Shown: positions 61,079 to 64,000 of the stretch, piece by piece
Position numbering within the stretch: the stretch's first letter is position 1
How the letters are laid out: every line of letters begins with the position of its first letter
Assembly (NCBI GenBank): GCA_946965045.2
Contig: OX337237.1
Location: 1,984,001-2,048,000, forward strand
DNA from: Epithemia pelagica
Lineage: Eukaryota > Protista > Bacillariophyta
Direction: 5' to 3'
DNA: 64,000 bases
The notes under the pieces: model-generated
The model's database searches: none
The model's input: the letters and a program-made list of their open reading frames with translations, nothing else
Told to the model about the DNA's origin: nothing
Program-made: the position numbers and the translations under genes

Positions 61079-62340
61079 ATGCCGGCCAATGCTTCAAAGA
61101 GCGACCTCAACAAACCGGGATACAAGAGCATCGCGGGTTCTACCGCATTGGTGACCGGCTCGAGTGGACTATGTGGGGCTCGGTTGGTTGAAATGCTCCT
61201 AGAAAGAGGCGCCAAAACTGTGATATGCTTTGATTTGGCTGAGCCCTCGGGCACGTTGAAAGAGAGATTCGAGGCCGTTCAACGAAGCACCAATGGAACT
61301 CTCATATTTTGCTCTGGAGCCGACGGTGATCTTACCTCGGACGAGGCTGTGAAAGCTGCTTTTGCAAAGGCAGGAAGCACAAAGATTGATTGCGTTTATC
61401 ATATTGGAGCATTGGTGGGTCCCTTCTTTGATCGGGACAAATACTATGGGGTTAACTACTACGGTACCCTTCGTATAATTGAAAATTGTAGGAAAAACAA
61501 AGTGCCAAAGCTTGTGTAAGGAACACACTTGATCTCAAACAAGTGCTATTCGAAGTTTTACGTGCTCATGAGACGTTCGTTGGAATTTGTTTGGGTTTTC
61601 ACCATAACAGGTACTCCTCCAGTCCCAGTACACGCTTCACGGGTGGTGATGTGACGGGGCAGACGGAAGATGAGCTTCCAATGCCTACGAAATGGTTGGC
61701 CATGTATGCCGAAGCCAAAGCCAAGGGAGAAATGGCTGTATCAGAGGCCAACAGTCCTGAGCTACGAACAATTTCAGTCGCCCCTCATCAGGTTTACGGT
61801 CCGTACGACAACTTGTTTCTGCCTAACTTGTTGGAAACCGCCGGCAATGGTCGTCTGCGAATCTTTGGCAGTGGTCGCTCCATCATTAGTGTATGTTACG
61901 CCGACAATTATGCACACGGCCTCATGTGCGGAGCAGATGCGATTGAGGATCCCAATAGCCCAGCAGGTGGCAAGTTCTACATTGTCACGGACGGAGAACC
62001 TCAAAAGTTTTGGGACATGCTGAACATTGCGGTGAAGGAAATGGGTTTTGTAGATTTGACAACCAAATTTCACTTGCCAGTGTGGCTTCTCTACGCGGTC
62101 GCATACGTGGCCAATGTCGTTGGCGCCCTGACTGGCAAGAAATTCAAACTCAACCCCTTCAATGTTCGAATGCTGACCATTCATCGGTACTTTAGTGTTG
62201 AAAGAGCTCAACGTGACCTTGGCTACGAGCCTGTAGTGCCCTTCAAAGAGGCCTGGCCCTCAACGGTGCAATGGTTCAAGAAGAATTGGTTGCCCAAGTT
62301 CTTGGAACAACAAACGTCTGGTAAGAAGAAAGTCCAGTAA
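61079..62340 (+). CDS. NSDHL: 3-beta-hydroxysteroid dehydrogenase/C4-decarboxylase (NSDHL/ERG26-like extended SDR), 2 exons
   Basis: ALVTGSSGLCG Rossmann motif, HIGALVG, VNYYGT, YAEAKAKGE (YxxxK), PHQVYGP, YADNYAHG. Intron 61516-61610 (gtaagg...aacag) restores KLV-YSSS. Confidence 0.85.
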
Positions 62341-62479
62341 GATTGTAGATGGTACGCGTAACTCTGGTGTAAGTGTTCAATTCAATGGTCTCCTTCCATA
62401 ATCTAGGAATGTCCCCACACACAAAGATGATCATAGAAAGCCCGATTCCAATACGCTGTCAGGGTTTTCGAGACTTTTA

Positions 62480-64000
62480 TCAATTTGTGTTGTTCCATAT
62501 TCCTAATGCGGTACGGTCGTCAAGAACGATTGGACGAAGATCCTGGTCAATCAATTGAGAACTGCTGCTGTGCTTTTTGACCTGATCTTGCCAATACGGT
62601 CCATCCGGAAACCATTGCCACACCCACGAAGAAAACGGAGGTACTGTACCATACAATTGGTACCATCTCAGCACTTGTCCTGGCAATAAGAAGTAGTCCT
62701 GTTTACGCATGGTTTCATTGTGTAGTACCGTTGGACCTCGGCTCCCGTACCGATAAAAATCCCAATGTTCATGCTCCAATGAGAATCCAGGTGCGGGATA
62801 GGCAGGTACCATTGTCAAATCCTCCTTGCTGACTTTCGAGCCGCCTTTAGATAAAGTGGCAGAATGCGATGGATTCAGCCAGGCAGATAAATTTGCAATG
62901 GGCGTGACATGACATGGATTCAAGAGCAATGGGTGACTGCCCAACCAATGCTCGGATGCAAAGCGTTTGCGACCCATCATATGTGGCATTTGCGGGAAGA
63001 AAAATGTCTGCAGAGTTCCTTGGGTGTCACGAAACTGTTTGAAACGATTGACCACGTTACGGTCCATGATCCGCTCAAAGCCCAAGGGTGGCAGCAAATT
63101 CACAATGTATCGACAGGATGCCACCCACATGTTTCCTGGATAGTGACAACTTGGCAATGGTTGCATCAGCAAGGAGCAGGTATCACAGGCCTTGCCAACA
63201 TTCATCATCTCTCTTTCACTCTTCACTTGTGGGGGTGGTGGATTGGAAGCTGACATGGCTTGTAAACAATGTCGACTTGTAGCTGCCTTGGTCAGCAACT
63301 GTCGCCATCGATCTTGCGTGGCAAATTTGTCTGGTTTACTGCTGCTGTTTGGTGACAATTCAGCCTTGCTGTTGTCCTCAGTGTTTTGCGCATAGTGAAA
63401 GCTGCCCTTGCTGTGAAGGTAGATTGCTTGTGCACTTGGATGAGCGTGACAGAATTCGTACACGTCTTGCAAGGTAAGATCTTCGTTGCCTTGGTCAAAA
63501 TGCTGCCCAAAATGAATTTGAATCTTGTGTCTTTCGCCCCGTTGGGTGACTTGTCGTTGCATCCATTCCCGTTTCAAGATCTTGTCCGTACCAATGGTAT
63601 TGTAGTATAGATGAAGGGTATGATTCGTGCCGAATTTGGTGTCGTGGTCGTCTCCTCCCAAGGCAGCATAGGACGTTCGAACTTGATCCAGTTGTTCAGA
63701 TATAATCGACAGAGCGTGGCGTTGTCCTGCCGTTTCATTGGGAATAAAAATATTGTAAAAAATCATCCATGGAGGAGACTGTGTTCGTAATGGGTCACCC
63801 TTGCCCTTGTCCCACCACGACCAATCCCGAGGTTGACGAGGAATGCTAGTCGACTTCCAATGAAGAAAGGGCCAAGATGACGAGAGGCTCATTTGAGTGA
63901 GAAACAAGAGTTTGGTGGTCGCCAAGGTGATCAAGACCATGCAGGCCAGCAGTGAACGGCTCCGAAGAAATGGTAGAGACTGCAGCCTCCTGAGGTATAC
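62480..64000 (-). CDS. Membrane-anchored glycosyltransferase-like protein (YLHSKGSFH / HYPGNMWVASCRY family), start possibly outside the window
   Basis: 486-aa ORF with a hydrophobic N-terminal segment. The frame stays open upstream of ATG 63940 to the window edge. The functional label is inference. Confidence 0.6.
   Translation of the reverse strand, partial: VYLRRLQSLPFLRSRSLLACMVLITLATTKLLFLTQMSLSSSWPFLHWKSTSIPRQPRDWSWWDKGKGDPLRTQSPPWMIFYNIFIPNETAGQRHALSIISEQLDQVRTSYAALGGDDHDTKFGTNHTLHLYYNTIGTDKILKREWMQRQVTQRGERHKIQIHFGQHFDQGNEDLTLQDVYEFCHAHPSAQAIYLHSKGSFHYAQNTEDNSKAELSPNSSSKPDKFATQDRWRQLLTKAATSRHCLQAMSASNPPPPQVKSEREMMNVGKACDTCSLLMQPLPSCHYPGNMWVASCRYIVNLLPPLGFERIMDRNVVNRFKQFRDTQGTLQTFFFPQMPHMMGRKRFASEHWLGSHPLLLNPCHVTPIANLSAWLNPSHSATLSKGGSKVSKEDLTMVPAYPAPGFSLEHEHWDFYRYGSRGPTVLHNETMRKQDYFLLPGQVLRWYQLYGTVPPFSSWVWQWFPDGPYWQDQVKKHSSSSQLIDQDLRPIVLDDRTALGIWNNTN

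Noticed and set aside
1-64000. rRNA or tRNA genes, prokaryotic operons or defence systems
   Set aside because: None seen. The tRNA-like strings are 14-15 nt PBS sequences only, and spliceosomal introns and LTR elements indicate a eukaryotic nucleus.

Overview
Eukaryotic nuclear DNA, most consistent with a diatom (CoDi-like Ty1/copia domains, short GT-AG introns, diatom-type gene families). About 58 kb is a transposon-dense cluster and the last ~6 kb holds three host genes. Positions 1-25.7 kb contain a degenerate Plavaka-like transposase with a divergent intron-containing partner gene, several copia and DIRS-like remnants, minisatellites, and a full-length but mutated copia (13904-21258). Positions ~25.3-58 kb are a nested stack that can be reassembled from target-site duplications (TSDs). 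The base layer is a KDZ/Zisupton-like transposase gene with an internal DEDDy 3'-5' exonuclease. It is split by copia-3 (25712-35620, TSD CCAGT), whose gag is interrupted by a Harbinger-like TIR element (TSD CAG), and by copia-4 (38757-44939, TSD ATTGT). A hAT transposon (44942-57765, 21-bp TIRs, TSD ATCTCAAT) inserted at the tip of the copia-4 3' LTR. The hAT carries an Endonuclease III-like HhH-GPD DNA glycosylase gene and an intact Ty3/gypsy element (51770-57491). The two most notable signals are (1) the transposon-borne DNA glycosylase and (2) three unrelated copia elements whose primer-binding sites all match tRNA anticodon arms (half-tRNA priming geometry) of three different tRNAs: iMet-CAU, Asn-GUU and apparently Ile-GAU. 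Family assignments come from motif recognition, not database searches.
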